A stretch of DNA of 64,000 nt from an uncultured Christensenella sp. (GTDB lineage: Bacteria > Bacillota > Clostridia > Christensenellales > UBA3700): NCBI GenBank assembly GCA_949284695.1, contig CASDWJ010000029.1:25076-89075 (forward strand), given 5' to 3'. Each line of letters starts with the position of its first letter. Within the stretch, counting starts at the first letter, position 1. This document shows positions 1 through 9,417 of this stretch, piece by piece. Made by a program: the position numbers and the translations under genes. The notes under the pieces are model-generated. The model did not search any database and was not told where the DNA came from. It saw only the letters and a list, made by a program, of their open reading frames with translations.

Positions 1-570
1 TACGCCGCGACCGCAGCGGGCAGTAAGGGTATTTACGCAGACGGCAAGCTGTGGAGACTCAAGGTAAGTATGAACGATCTTGAGTACGACGGCGAAGGCA
101 CCGGTCTTCTTTCCGTCAAGGAAGGCGCATGGAAGAAGGGTTCCGACTTCGGCAATAAAGACGAAACTTCCGCTCAGACTCAGAACAGAGAGGAATCCAA
201 AAAGACCGCCCTCAACTTCTCCTGCGAGAACATAATCAGCACCGAAGGCGTCAGCATCACCCACAACGAAGCGGGTTATTACGAGATCACCTTCAAGGCT
301 AACCTCGAAGTAGCAAATGCCGACGAAACCACCATTTCGAGACTCGAGCAGGACAACAGCGCAAGCGGCATGAGCTTCAACAAACTCGAAGTCACCGTGC
401 AGGTCTGGGATTGCGGTCTGATCAAAGAGATGGATTACTCCGAGAGCTGGAACGGCAAGATCATCGGCATGACCGGCACCGCAAATGCCGATACGCACAT
501 CGAGTATTCCTATACCCTCGAAGATTGCGATCACACCGAGACTCAGGCGATCATCAATTCGCTCAAGTAA
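1..570 (+). CDS. hypothetical protein, C-terminal part (ORF is open to the window edge)
   Basis: Frame 1 has no stop from position 1 to the TAA at 568-570. A hairpin terminator follows at 596-625. I recognise no motif. Confidence 0.5.
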   Translation, partial: YAATAAGSKGIYADGKLWRLKVSMNDLEYDGEGTGLLSVKEGAWKKGSDFGNKDETSAQTQNREESKKTALNFSCENIISTEGVSITHNEAGYYEITFKANLEVANADETTISRLEQDNSASGMSFNKLEVTVQVWDCGLIKEMDYSESWNGKIIGMTGTANADTHIEYSYTLEDCDHTETQAIINSLK

Positions 571-595
571 TAAATTTTCACAAGATACAACGTTG

Positions 596-625
596 GCGCG
601 GCTTCCTTCGGGGGGTCGCGCTTTT
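596..625 (+). terminator. rho-independent terminator after the first ORF
   Basis: GC-rich stem gcgcggcttcc / gggggtcgcgc (with G-U pairs) around a ttcg loop, followed by tttt. Confidence 0.55.
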
Positions 626-632
626 GCCGGTG

Positions 633-969
633 TGACCGGCGGCATTAGTCGCTTCGCGTATCGGCATTTGTTTAAATTAGTGCAGTCTATACTGCAGTCG
701 CCACGCGACCCGGCGGCATTAGTCGCTTCGCGTATCGGCATTTGTTTAAATTAGTGCAGTCTATACTGCAGTCGCCACGCGACCCGGCGGCATTAGCCGC
801 TTCGCGTATCGGCATTTGTTTAAATTAGTGCAGTCTATACTGCAGTCGCCACGCGACCCGGCGGCATTAGTCGCTTCGCGTATCGGTACTTGTTTAAATT
901 AGCGCAGTCTATACTGCAGTCGCCACGCGACCCGGCGGCATTAGTCGCTTCGCGTATCGGCATTTGTTT
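633..969. repeat. tandem repeat, 74-bp unit x about 4.5 copies
   Basis: The marker cggcggcatt recurs at 637, 711, 785, 859 and 933, an exact 74-bp period. The unit is cggcggcattagtcgcttcgcgtatcggcatttgtttaaattagtgcagtctatactgcagtcgccacgcgacc. There are only 4-5 substitutions in total. Each unit contains the hairpin tgcagt-ctat-actgca. Confidence 0.95.
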
Positions 970-1015
970 CGATCGACAAGCTTTTATCTGTATCCCGACC
1001 ATTTTGTTATAAAAA

Positions 1016-1044
1016 ATCCGTCAGCGTTTGCGGACGGATTTTTA
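1016..1044. terminator. bidirectional terminator (serves nadE on the minus strand)
   Basis: aaaaaa-atccgtc-agcgtttgc-ggacggat-ttttt. The stem is flanked by an A-run and a T-run. Confidence 0.7.
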
Positions 1045-1072
1045 TTCGGCTTATTTAGCTTTGATTTTCTTG

Positions 1073-2998
1073 CTATTGCTTTTTAGACGGGTCGCAGTTT
1101 TCGAGGTCTTTTATCCACTCTGCCTTGCACGCGTCGCTCGGCATACGCCAGCCGCCTCTCGGAGAGAGGTCTACGCTGCCCACTTTGGGTCCGTCGGGCA
1201 GGCACGAACGCTTGAACTGCTGCGCGAAGAAGCGCGAAACGAAGGTCTTTAGCCACCTGTAGATCGTCTCGTCGTCGAAGTCTCCTTTGAACGCGTATTT
1301 CGCGAGCCTGAACGTCTTGGACGGCTTGAATCCCCACCTGACGATATTGTAGAGGAAAAAGTCGTGAAGTTCGTAAGGTCCGACGATCTCCTCTGTCTTC
1401 TGTGCGATCTCTCCGTCCTTGGCGGGTATAAGCTCCGGGCTGACGGGGGTGTCGAGAATGTCGAGCAAAACCGCTCTCGCCTTCGCGGTTGCGACGCTCT
1501 CTGCATAATAGCGGACAAGATGTCTGACCAGCGTCTTGGGCACGGAGCCGTTGACACCGTACATCGACATGTGGTCGCCGTTGTAGGTCGCCCAACCGAG
1601 CGCGAGCTCTGAAAGATCGCCCGTACCGACGACGAGCCCGCCCATCCTGTTGGCGTAATCCATAAGCACCTGCGTGCGCTCTCTCGCCTGCGCGTTCTCG
1701 AACGCGACGTCGCCGGTCACGCCGTCGTGACCTATGTCTTTGAGGTGTCTCTGCACCGTCTTGCCTATGTCTATCTTTTTGAAGTTCACACCGAGCGCGC
1801 GCGCAAGTTTTTCCGCATTGGAGCGGGTGCGCTTTGTCGTGCCGAAGCAGGGCATCGTGATCGCGGTAATGCAGGAGAGGTCGAGTCCTTCGATCTCTGC
1901 CGCTTTGCACATCACGAGGAGCGCGAGCGCGCTGTCAAGCCCGCCAGAGAGACCTACGACGAGGTTTCTGCAACCCGTATGTCTCATGCGCTTGGCAAGC
2001 CCGTGCGCCTGTATCGCGAACACTCTCTCGCACCTTGCGGCTCTGTCCGCGTCGCCCTCGGGCACAAACGGAGTCTTTTCTATCTTCACGGTCAGTTGCG
2101 TCTCGCAGAGCGCGCAGTCGAAGCACACTTCCTTGACGGGCACCGACGGGGTCGTATTCTGTTTTATCCTGTCCGACGCGAGCTTGTCAACGTCGATTTC
2201 GGCGACTGCGTAACCGCAACCGAAAGGTCTGCTCTCTGCGATCACAGAGCCGTTTTCGGCAATGATATCGTGCGCGGAAAATACGAGATCGGTACTGCTC
2301 TCCCCGTCTCCGCAGTCGCAGTAAACGTATGCCGCGTTGCACTTGCCGGAAGCCGACTTTACGAGAAGCCTGCGGTAATCGTCCTTGCCGACGGTCTCGT
2401 CGCTCGCGGACAGATTGCATATCACCGTCGCGCCGCCCGCACAGAGCGCGTCAGCGGGTCCTCCCGCTATCCACATATCCTCGCATATCTCGATGCCTAT
2501 GCAGAAGTTCCTCATATTGCGGCATCTGAACACGGCTTTGGAACAGACTTCGACTTCGTGTCCGCAGTAAACCGTTTTGTCGACGCCGTCGAGTTTGTCG
2601 CCGGTCTCAAAATATCTGCCCTCGTAAAATTCGGAATACGACGGCACGTTGCGCTTGGGCACTATACCGAGTATCCTGCCGTCGAAGATCGCGACCGCCG
2701 CGTTGTAGAGTTTGCCGCATATCACGACGGGAGCGCCCACCGCGACGAAGATCTGTTTGCCCGTGCAATGCTCCGCGATCTTTTCGACCGCGTTTTCAGC
2801 CGCTTCGAGCAACACGCTCTGCAAAAGGAGATCGCCCGCGGTGTAGCCGCATACGCAAAGCTCGGGGAAAACGACCAGTTTGCAACCGTCGGCATACGCC
2901 CTGTCTATGCCTTTGCAGACGCTCTCTGCATTGAAAGCGCAATCCGCGACTTTTATCTCGGGGCTGACCGCCGCGACCTTGACAAATCCGTCTTTCAT
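1073..2998 (-). CDS. nadE: glutamine-dependent NAD+ synthetase
   Basis: 641 aa from the internal ATG at 2998 (MKDGFVKVAAV...). The 44-aa Arg/Leu-rich track extension is implausible. The N-terminal half is CN-hydrolase-like. The C-terminal half has the NAD-synthetase PP-loop VVGLSGGLDSALALLV. Confidence 0.9.
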   Translation of the reverse strand: MKDGFVKVAAVSPEIKVADCAFNAESVCKGIDRAYADGCKLVVFPELCVCGYTAGDLLLQSVLLEAAENAVEKIAEHCTGKQIFVAVGAPVVICGKLYNAAVAIFDGRILGIVPKRNVPSYSEFYEGRYFETGDKLDGVDKTVYCGHEVEVCSKAVFRCRNMRNFCIGIEICEDMWIAGGPADALCAGGATVICNLSASDETVGKDDYRRLLVKSASGKCNAAYVYCDCGDGESSTDLVFSAHDIIAENGSVIAESRPFGCGYAVAEIDVDKLASDRIKQNTTPSVPVKEVCFDCALCETQLTVKIEKTPFVPEGDADRAARCERVFAIQAHGLAKRMRHTGCRNLVVGLSGGLDSALALLVMCKAAEIEGLDLSCITAITMPCFGTTKRTRSNAEKLARALGVNFKKIDIGKTVQRHLKDIGHDGVTGDVAFENAQARERTQVLMDYANRMGGLVVGTGDLSELALGWATYNGDHMSMYGVNGSVPKTLVRHLVRYYAESVATAKARAVLLDILDTPVSPELIPAKDGEIAQKTEEIVGPYELHDFFLYNIVRWGFKPSKTFRLAKYAFKGDFDDETIYRWLKTFVSRFFAQQFKRSCLPDGPKVGSVDLSPRGGWRMPSDACKAEWIKDLENCDPSKKQ

Positions 2999-3156
2999 TT
3001 TACACTCCAAACAATTGATTTTTAAATTGCAAATATATATACTGTATATGCGCAATAAAGACAGCCGCGCGCGTCTCCGCACGCGCAAAAATTTTAACCG
3101 TCCGCAGTTATTATTGTATTTTATTCGCAATAAAATGTCAATATTTGAGAGTGAAA

Positions 3157-4890
3157 ATGAAAAGATTGGCGATCCATCTGAAGAACTACAAAGCGCACCT
3201 GATACTGGGTCCGTTTTTTAAACTGCTCGAAGCGATCTTCGAGCTGATAGTGCCGCTCGTCATGGCGCAGGTCATAGACGAAGGCATCAACAACAACGCA
3301 GGCACCGGCTATATCCTGTCGCGCGGTTTTCTGATACTCGCGCTGGGCGTCGTCGGTCTGTGCTGTGCGCTGATATGCCAGTACGTCGCGAGCAAATGCT
3401 CGCAAGGTTACGGCACACTTCTTCGCAACGACCTGTTCTCTCACGTCAACAAGCTGTCCTATAAAGAGCTCGACAAGTTCGGCGCGGCGACCCTCGTCAA
3501 CCGCCTCACCGCAGACGTCAATCAGATGCAGAACTTCGTCGCCATGATGATAAGACTTTTCATCCGCGCGCCCTTCCTCGTGATCGGCGCGGCGGTCATG
3601 GCAATGATAATCAACCTCAAGCTCGCGCTCGTCTTCCTCGCGGCGGCTCCGCTGATCGCGCTCGTGCTTTATATCATAATGTCGCGCACCGTGCCGCACT
3701 ACAAGACGGTGCAGAAAAAGCTGGACACCGTGACGGGCATCACCCGCGAAAACCTCTCCGGAGTGCGCGTCGTCAGAGCTTTTGCGAATCAGGACTACGA
3801 ACGCGCCCGCTTCAAGGACGCGGCGGAAGATCTGACCCGCACGAGCAATACCGTGGGCGCTATATCCGCGCTTCTCAACCCGCTGACCTTTGCGATAATC
3901 AACGTCGCGATTCTCGCGATACTTTACTTCGGCGGCGGCATAGTCAACGAAGGCGAAATGACCCAGGGCGAGATCATCGCGTTCGTCAATTATATGACGC
4001 AGATCTCTCTCGCGCTCGTAGTCGTCGCCAATATGGTGATATTGATAACAAAATCTTCGGCATCGGCTTCCCGCGTGCTCGAAGTGCTCGAAACTCAGCC
4101 GTCGATAACCGACGAAGGCAATACTCAGGTCGCGCCCGACGACGACGCGCCCGCCGTCAGTTTCGATCACGTCTGTTTCGGTTACGGAGACGGCGAATAC
4201 GCGCTCGACTCTCTGACCGTCGACGTGAAACGCGGCGAGACCGTGGGCGTGATAGGCGGTACGGGAAGCGGCAAATCCACGCTTATCAATCTGCTGGGCA
4301 GATTCTACGACGTCAGCGAAGGTTGCGTCAGACTGTTCGGCACCGACGTCAGAAAATATCCGCTCGAACAACTGCGCACGACGATCGCTTACGTGCCGCA
4401 AAAGGCGGTGCTCGCGAGCGGCACGATACGCAGCAATATGCAATGGGCGAAAAAGGACGCGACCGACGAGGAGATCTGGCGCGCGCTTGAGATCGCACAG
4501 GCGGCAGAATTCGTCCGCGCCAAGAAAAAGGGTCTGGACGAAATAGTGGAACGCGACGGCAGAAACTTTTCTGGCGGTCAGAGACAGAGGCTTACGATAG
4601 CGAGAGCGCTCGTGGGCTCTCCCCGCATACTCGTATTCGACGACAGCTCCAGCGCGCTCGACTTCGCGACAGACTACGCTCTGAGAAAGGCTATAGCCGA
4701 CAGCAAGGGCGACGCGACCGTGTTCTGGGTCTCGCAACGAGCGACCTCGATAAAGAACGCGGACAAGATAATCGTCCTCGACGAAGGCGAAGTCAAAGGC
4801 ATAGGCACTCACGAGGAGCTTTTCGACTCGTGCGAAGTGTACCGCGAAATATGTCTCTCGCAGGTCAGCAAGGAGGAAAACGCAAGATGA
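3157..4890 (+). CDS. ABC exporter, fused permease/ATPase subunit (degenerate-site partner of a heterodimer)
   Basis: Six-TM exporter domain. Walker A GGTGSGKST, signature FSGGQRQRLTIARAL, Walker B ILVFDDSSSALD. Asp replaces the catalytic Glu, as in the degenerate half of heterodimeric exporters. ATG at 3157 is preferred over the TTG at 3145. Confidence 0.85.
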   Translation: MKRLAIHLKNYKAHLILGPFFKLLEAIFELIVPLVMAQVIDEGINNNAGTGYILSRGFLILALGVVGLCCALICQYVASKCSQGYGTLLRNDLFSHVNKLSYKELDKFGAATLVNRLTADVNQMQNFVAMMIRLFIRAPFLVIGAAVMAMIINLKLALVFLAAAPLIALVLYIIMSRTVPHYKTVQKKLDTVTGITRENLSGVRVVRAFANQDYERARFKDAAEDLTRTSNTVGAISALLNPLTFAIINVAILAILYFGGGIVNEGEMTQGEIIAFVNYMTQISLALVVVANMVILITKSSASASRVLEVLETQPSITDEGNTQVAPDDDAPAVSFDHVCFGYGDGEYALDSLTVDVKRGETVGVIGGTGSGKSTLINLLGRFYDVSEGCVRLFGTDVRKYPLEQLRTTIAYVPQKAVLASGTIRSNMQWAKKDATDEEIWRALEIAQAAEFVRAKKKGLDEIVERDGRNFSGGQRQRLTIARALVGSPRILVFDDSSSALDFATDYALRKAIADSKGDATVFWVSQRATSIKNADKIIVLDEGEVKGIGTHEELFDSCEVYREICLSQVSKEENAR

Positions 4891-6635
4891 ACATGTCGAC
4901 CAAAGAACTCGTAAAACGCTTGCTGAAATACGTGAGACCTTACCGTTTTCTGCTGTTCGTCGCGGTGATAAGCTCGTTCATCAGCGTCGCGGCTTCTCTG
5001 CTTACGCCCGTGCTGATCGGCGACGCGATAGACTTCATCGTCGGCAAGGACAACGTCGACTTCTCTCAGGTCATACGCTATATCGGCTACCTCGGCATAA
5101 CGATCGCCTTTGCGACAATCTTCCAATGGCTGCTCTCGTGGAGCACAAATAAACTCTCTTTCTCGACGGTCAAGGATATGCGCGAAGATCTGTTCAACCA
5201 TATCGACAGACTCCCGCTCAAGTATATCGACTCGCACGCGCACGGCGACCTGATAACCCGTATGGGCAACGATATCGAGCAGATCTCGACAGGTCTCCTG
5301 CAAGGCTTTTCACAGCTTCTCAACGGCATATTCACTATACTCGGCACGCTCGTCGTGATGTTTATCGTCAACTGGATACTTGCGCTAGTTGTCGTGCTGA
5401 TAACCCCCGTGTCGCTGTTCGTCGCGGCGTTCATAGCCAAGCACACGCACGATATGTTCATCAAACAGGCGACCGTGCAGGGCAAACTCAGCGGCTTCGG
5501 TGAAGAAATGATCTCCAACGCGAAAGTCGTGCAGGCGTTCTCCTACGGCGACGACGCAGAAAAATACTATGCCGAAGTCAACCGGGAGCTGTACAACTAC
5601 GGCTACAAGGCGCAGTTCTACAGCGCGATGAGCAACCCGTGCACCCGCTTCGTCAACGGTCTCGTCTATGCGGCGGTCGGCATTACCGGCGCGCTCCTCG
5701 CGGTCAACGGGATAGGCGCGGTCAGCGCGGGACTTCTTTCCACTTTCCTGATGTACTCCAACCAGTATACCAAGCCGTTCAACGAGATAACGGGCGTGAT
5801 AACGGAACTTCAGACGGCTATGGCGGGCGCGCGCAGAGTGTTCGCGGTGCTCGACGAGCCGACCGAGTCCGAAGACTCGCTTCTCCCCGAGATAAAAGAG
5901 TGCGACGGCACGGTGCGCCTCGACGACGTCAGCTTCGGGTATACGCAGGACAGGATACTCCTGCAACATATCGACCTCGCGGTGAAGAACGGTCAGAAGA
6001 TAGCGATCGTTGGTCCCACAGGTTGCGGCAAAACCACCCTCATCAACCTGCTGATGAGATATTACGACGTGACGGACGGCGGCATACTCGTCTCCTCTCA
6101 CGACGTCAGAGAAGTCAGACGCGACAGCCTGAGAAAGTGCTTCGGTATGGTATTGCAGGAGACCTGGCTGACAGGCGGCACGATAAAGGAAAATATCGCT
6201 TACGGCAAACGCGACGCTACCGACGAGGAGATAATCGCGGCGGCGAAGGCGGCGAACGCGCACGGCTTCATCACCAAGATGTCCAAGGGATACGACACCG
6301 TCGTTTCCGAGGGCGGCGACAACCTCTCGCAGGGACAGAGACAGCTCCTCTGCATAGCGCGTATCATGCTGACCCATCCGCCCATGCTTATACTCGACGA
6401 AGCTACTTCTTCGATAGACACGCGCACCGAGATAAAAATCCAGAAGGCGTTCGGCACGATGATGCAAGGAAGAACGAGCTTTATCGTCGCGCACCGTCTG
6501 TCCACGATAAAGGAAGCCGATCTGATACTCGTAATGAACGACGGCAACATCATCGAGCAAGGCACGCACGACGAGCTGCTCGCGAAAAAAGGCTTCTATT
6601 ATAACCTCTACAACAGCCAGTTCGCGCCCGTCTGA
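4887..6635 (+). CDS. ABC exporter, fused permease/ATPase subunit (consensus-site partner)
   Basis: Walker A GPTGCGKTT, signature LSQGQRQLLCIARIM, Walker B LILDEATSSID. The ATG at 4887 overlaps the upstream stop (ATGA). AGGAGG lies at 4871-4876. Confidence 0.85.
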   Translation: MNMSTKELVKRLLKYVRPYRFLLFVAVISSFISVAASLLTPVLIGDAIDFIVGKDNVDFSQVIRYIGYLGITIAFATIFQWLLSWSTNKLSFSTVKDMREDLFNHIDRLPLKYIDSHAHGDLITRMGNDIEQISTGLLQGFSQLLNGIFTILGTLVVMFIVNWILALVVVLITPVSLFVAAFIAKHTHDMFIKQATVQGKLSGFGEEMISNAKVVQAFSYGDDAEKYYAEVNRELYNYGYKAQFYSAMSNPCTRFVNGLVYAAVGITGALLAVNGIGAVSAGLLSTFLMYSNQYTKPFNEITGVITELQTAMAGARRVFAVLDEPTESEDSLLPEIKECDGTVRLDDVSFGYTQDRILLQHIDLAVKNGQKIAIVGPTGCGKTTLINLLMRYYDVTDGGILVSSHDVREVRRDSLRKCFGMVLQETWLTGGTIKENIAYGKRDATDEEIIAAAKAANAHGFITKMSKGYDTVVSEGGDNLSQGQRQLLCIARIMLTHPPMLILDEATSSIDTRTEIKIQKAFGTMMQGRTSFIVAHRLSTIKEADLILVMNDGNIIEQGTHDELLAKKGFYYNLYNSQFAPV

Positions 6636-6718
6636 TCAAACGCGGCAAATAGCCGTCGATAAAAGTGCAGAATACCGATGCGCATCGCTTTTAAACCGGC
6701 AACAAACATCGAAACGAT

Positions 6719-6750
6719 AAAAGCCTCCCGGGCAATCCGGGAGGCTTTTA
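6719..6750. terminator. bidirectional terminator between convergent genes
   Basis: Perfect 9-bp stem gcctcccgg / ccgggaggc, loop gcaat, flanked by aaaa and tttt. Confidence 0.8.
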
Positions 6751-6938
6751 TCGCGTGTAAAACGCCGTAGCACAAAAAAATGTCTTTTCCGCCTGTATCG
6801 TGTCCCGCACTGCAAGGAAAGTTTTTTAACGGGCAGTCAGATAAAGCTCGGGATATTGTAAAATCCCGAAAGAGTCTTTAAAAACACCTGCCCGTCGCTT
6901 GCCCGAGCCGATTGGAATTACTCCGTTCCCTATACGGG

Positions 6939-8078
6939 TCACGGCACGATCTCGAAATGCAAAACGACAGGATCTCCGTAAAACGCGTCCGAATCCTCTG
7001 TCGGGTAAACCGTTATCGTTGCGGTGCCCACCTCGACGTTGTTTTCGTAAACGGCTTCATAGTCGCCGTAATCGACTTTGTAACCCTCTTTCACAAAATA
7101 GATCGCAGGCTTATGAGCCGTTCCGTCATACTTACGAGTATACTCGGACAGGGAGATCTCAAACTCCGTCAAAGGATATCTGCGGCTGATATAGTTTATC
7201 GTGTTGCCCACAATATCGCTGTCGGTATAAAACTTGTTTTCGGAACTGTTTTTCACGTCTCCGCCGTTTGAAAAAGCGCCGTAATTGTAAAAATCGACAT
7301 ATTTGTTGAACGTGACGATCCCCTCATTGCCAAAATTGCCGTAATTGCGCGCGGCGAGTCTGTTTCCGTCCTTGCCGTTGAGGTATATCTCTCCCGTATT
7401 CAGCAATTTGCCGTCGTTGACAAGCGCTTCGCGGTCTTCCGTCGACACGTAAAGCAATATCTTGCCTTTATTGGTCAACGTGCCGTTGTTTTCGAGAAGA
7501 TTGCCCGTGCCGTATTCGTTGTAAACGATCTCGCCTTTATTCTCCAGATTGCCGTTGTTGACGAGAGCGTAGCCGAAAGCGTCGACGACGACTCCCTTTT
7601 CCACGGTCAGGCTCTGCCCTTCGGGCACGGTGACGTCGGCGGTCAGGACGACGTTGGCATAACCGCCGCCGTCAAGATATTTCTTAAGGGTCTGAAAATC
7701 CCCTGCGTTCACCTTTTTTGTCTGTTGAACTATCTGAAATTGCCCGATGACGCGCCCCGTATATTTGCCACCGTTCACGGCAGTCACCGTGACCGTTGCC
7801 GTTCCTACGTACATATTGGCGTCGTAAGTCACGATAATATCGTCGTTGTGCTCGCCGAAATTATACTCTTCGAGCACGTCGTAGCCGTCTACTATCTGAA
7901 AGCCGGGATACAGAGGCGACCCCGTATATTCATATTGCGATTTTAAAAACACGATTTCGATCTTATCCCCGGAAAGGTCTACAGCTTCGTCTTTACCGAA
8001 GTCGCATGATGCGAGCGTAAACGCCGCCGTTGTCAGAACGAAAACGAACAATACTGATAATGCCAACCGTCTTTTCAT
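6939..8078 (-). CDS. putative surface lipoprotein with internal Asn/Gly-rich repeats
   Basis: Signal peptide plus lipobox (LTTAAFTLASC). At least five repeats of about 22-25 aa follow the pattern N-x-G-x-L/F-x-N-x-G-x-I: NNGNLENKGEIV, ENNGTLTNKGKIL, VNDGKLLNTGEIY, NYGNFGNEGIV, NYGAFSNGGDV. Beta-rich ends carry YTGSP and YDGTAHKP motifs. Confidence 0.6.
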   Translation of the reverse strand: MKRRLALSVLFVFVLTTAAFTLASCDFGKDEAVDLSGDKIEIVFLKSQYEYTGSPLYPGFQIVDGYDVLEEYNFGEHNDDIIVTYDANMYVGTATVTVTAVNGGKYTGRVIGQFQIVQQTKKVNAGDFQTLKKYLDGGGYANVVLTADVTVPEGQSLTVEKGVVVDAFGYALVNNGNLENKGEIVYNEYGTGNLLENNGTLTNKGKILLYVSTEDREALVNDGKLLNTGEIYLNGKDGNRLAARNYGNFGNEGIVTFNKYVDFYNYGAFSNGGDVKNSSENKFYTDSDIVGNTINYISRRYPLTEFEISLSEYTRKYDGTAHKPAIYFVKEGYKVDYGDYEAVYENNVEVGTATITVYPTEDSDAFYGDPVVLHFEIVP

Positions 8079-8175
8079 AATTCCTCCGCTTTATATCATT
8101 ATATCCTATAAGCTGTTTTTTGTCAATTACGGGGGTTTTGCGGCGACCGCGCCTCCCGACTGCCACGATAAAAAG

Positions 8176-8207
8176 AATAAAAAAATCCCCGAGGAAAACC
8201 TCGGGGA
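8176..8207 (-). terminator. terminator of the ilvN-like gene
   Basis: Stem tccccgagg / cctcgggga with an aaaa loop. The minus-strand U-run comes from plus-strand aataaaaaaa. Confidence 0.7.
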
Positions 8208-8226
8208 AAACTTGTGATTTCAAATA

Positions 8227-8721
8227 TCAGACGCCTCTGTCGATCGCGGTGATACCCGTGCGGCAGACGTTCTTGACGCGCATATCCTTGCCGTTGCAAA
8301 GCGCCATGACCGCGTCCATGAATTTGTCTATCTTGTGGCTCGTACCCGTAAGCTCGAGGATCATCGACTTGGAGGTGATATCGAGTATCAGCGCGCCGAA
8401 CTCGTCTGCAAGCTGAACGATACCGTTGTCGAAAGAACTCTCGGTGACGACTTTGACGAGGATGAGCTCTCTGCAGACGCTGTCCTCCTCTTTGAGAGCG
8501 GTGACGTTGATCGTCTCCTCGAGTTTGAAAGTCTGCTTGACGATCTGATCGAGGGTGTTTTCGTCGCCCTCGGCGGTGATGGTTATTCTCGAGATCTTGG
8601 GGTCGTCGGTGGTCGCGACGGAAAGAGAATCGATGTTGAATCCTCTGCGGCCGAAAAGACCGGATATCCTCGCGAGAACGCTGGGATTGTTGTATACGAC
8701 AACCGATACTATGTGTTTCAT
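8227..8721 (-). CDS. ilvN: acetolactate synthase small (regulatory, ACT-domain) subunit-like protein
   Basis: 164 aa from the ATG at 8721. MKHIVSVVVYNNPSVLARISGLFGRRGFNIDSLSV is the typical AHAS small-subunit ACT N-terminus. No large-subunit gene lies next to it. Confidence 0.75.
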   Translation of the reverse strand: MKHIVSVVVYNNPSVLARISGLFGRRGFNIDSLSVATTDDPKISRITITAEGDENTLDQIVKQTFKLEETINVTALKEEDSVCRELILVKVVTESSFDNGIVQLADEFGALILDITSKSMILELTGTSHKIDKFMDAVMALCNGKDMRVKNVCRTGITAIDRGV

Positions 8722-8808
8722 AAAAATCGCACCTTCTATACAGTTATTGTTATATATTATACAACAGTTGCGCCCCGTTGGCAATACTTTTTTGATTTAT
8801 TTGACTCT

Positions 8809-9417
8809 TTAAAAGTATTTGCTGAGCAATCTGACGAGTTCTTCGTCTCCGTCCTCTCTGACCGTCGTCGGTTTCTTTGCCGCCTGCCTGTCGAGCGCGT
8901 TTCTCAGTTTTTCCCTTACGTCGTCCATACCGTCGTCCTCGTCGCGTTCTATCCCGGTATAAGGCAGAAAATCCCCGTTTTCCGCCGCCGCTTCCGCCGG
9001 CGCGTCGACGCTCTTTTTTATGATATAGCACGCGTCGCACCTGTCCGATACCGCGCTCTCGCTCTCAACCGCTATCAGCACCTTTTTGCCCTGAGCCTTG
9101 ATACCCGCTATCATCGGGAGCGCGTCCACCTCGGCGCAGATCAGAAGTATCGCGTCGATATGGGGATTTTTGCAGGCGCAGGCGACCGCGTCGACGACCT
9201 GTCTTACGTCAACTCTGACTTTTTTGCGGTTGTGAAGCGGCAACGCGACTTCTGCGCCCACCTCTCTGATATAGGGATTGAAGTCCCCGTTTTTCTTTGC
9301 GTTGTAGCCGTAGAATTTGACCTGTTCGCACTTGGCGCCGACCTCTGCGAGCAGACGGCTGTAACTTGCGAAATCGATTTTCGCGGCGCCGAGATCAATA
9401 AAACACGCGCAGTTCAT
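8809..9417 (-). CDS. NYN/LabA-like (PIN-related) domain protein with an acidic and basic C-terminal tail
   Basis: By eye the pattern matches the NYN family: CFIDLG..., ...VDVRQVVDAV...IDAILLICAEVDALPMIAGIKAQGKKVLIAV...SDRCDACYI. Confidence 0.5.
   Translation of the reverse strand: MNCACFIDLGAAKIDFASYSRLLAEVGAKCEQVKFYGYNAKKNGDFNPYIREVGAEVALPLHNRKKVRVDVRQVVDAVACACKNPHIDAILLICAEVDALPMIAGIKAQGKKVLIAVESESAVSDRCDACYIIKKSVDAPAEAAAENGDFLPYTGIERDEDDGMDDVREKLRNALDRQAAKKPTTVREDGDEELVRLLSKYF

Noticed and set aside
633-969. Possible CRISPR array (regularly spaced repeats).
   Set aside because: The whole 74-bp unit repeats with no unique spacers between conserved repeats, and there are no cas genes in the window. 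It is a plain tandem repeat.
1073-3130. N-terminal extensions given by the ORF track for many genes (nadE, ilvN, ogg, S2P, minD, Sel1, LMW-PTP, PI-PLC, antiporter, proS, GH13, comFC, GH2, GH16).
   Set aside because: The extensions are Arg-rich or low-complexity and lack an RBS. Internal ATGs preceded by GGAGG-like sequences, or by ATGA/GTGA overlaps with the upstream gene, give proteins with canonical N-termini.
3121-4812. 563-aa minus-strand ORF. Similar long antisense ORFs are at 8335..10017, 19090..20451, 32839..34272, 47690..49102 and 53550..55199.
   Set aside because: Each lies opposite a gene with clear family motifs (ABC exporter, ilvN/NYN/ogg, mreB/minD, antiporter, proS, GH13). Each has an Arg/His/Val-rich composition typical of non-coding frames.
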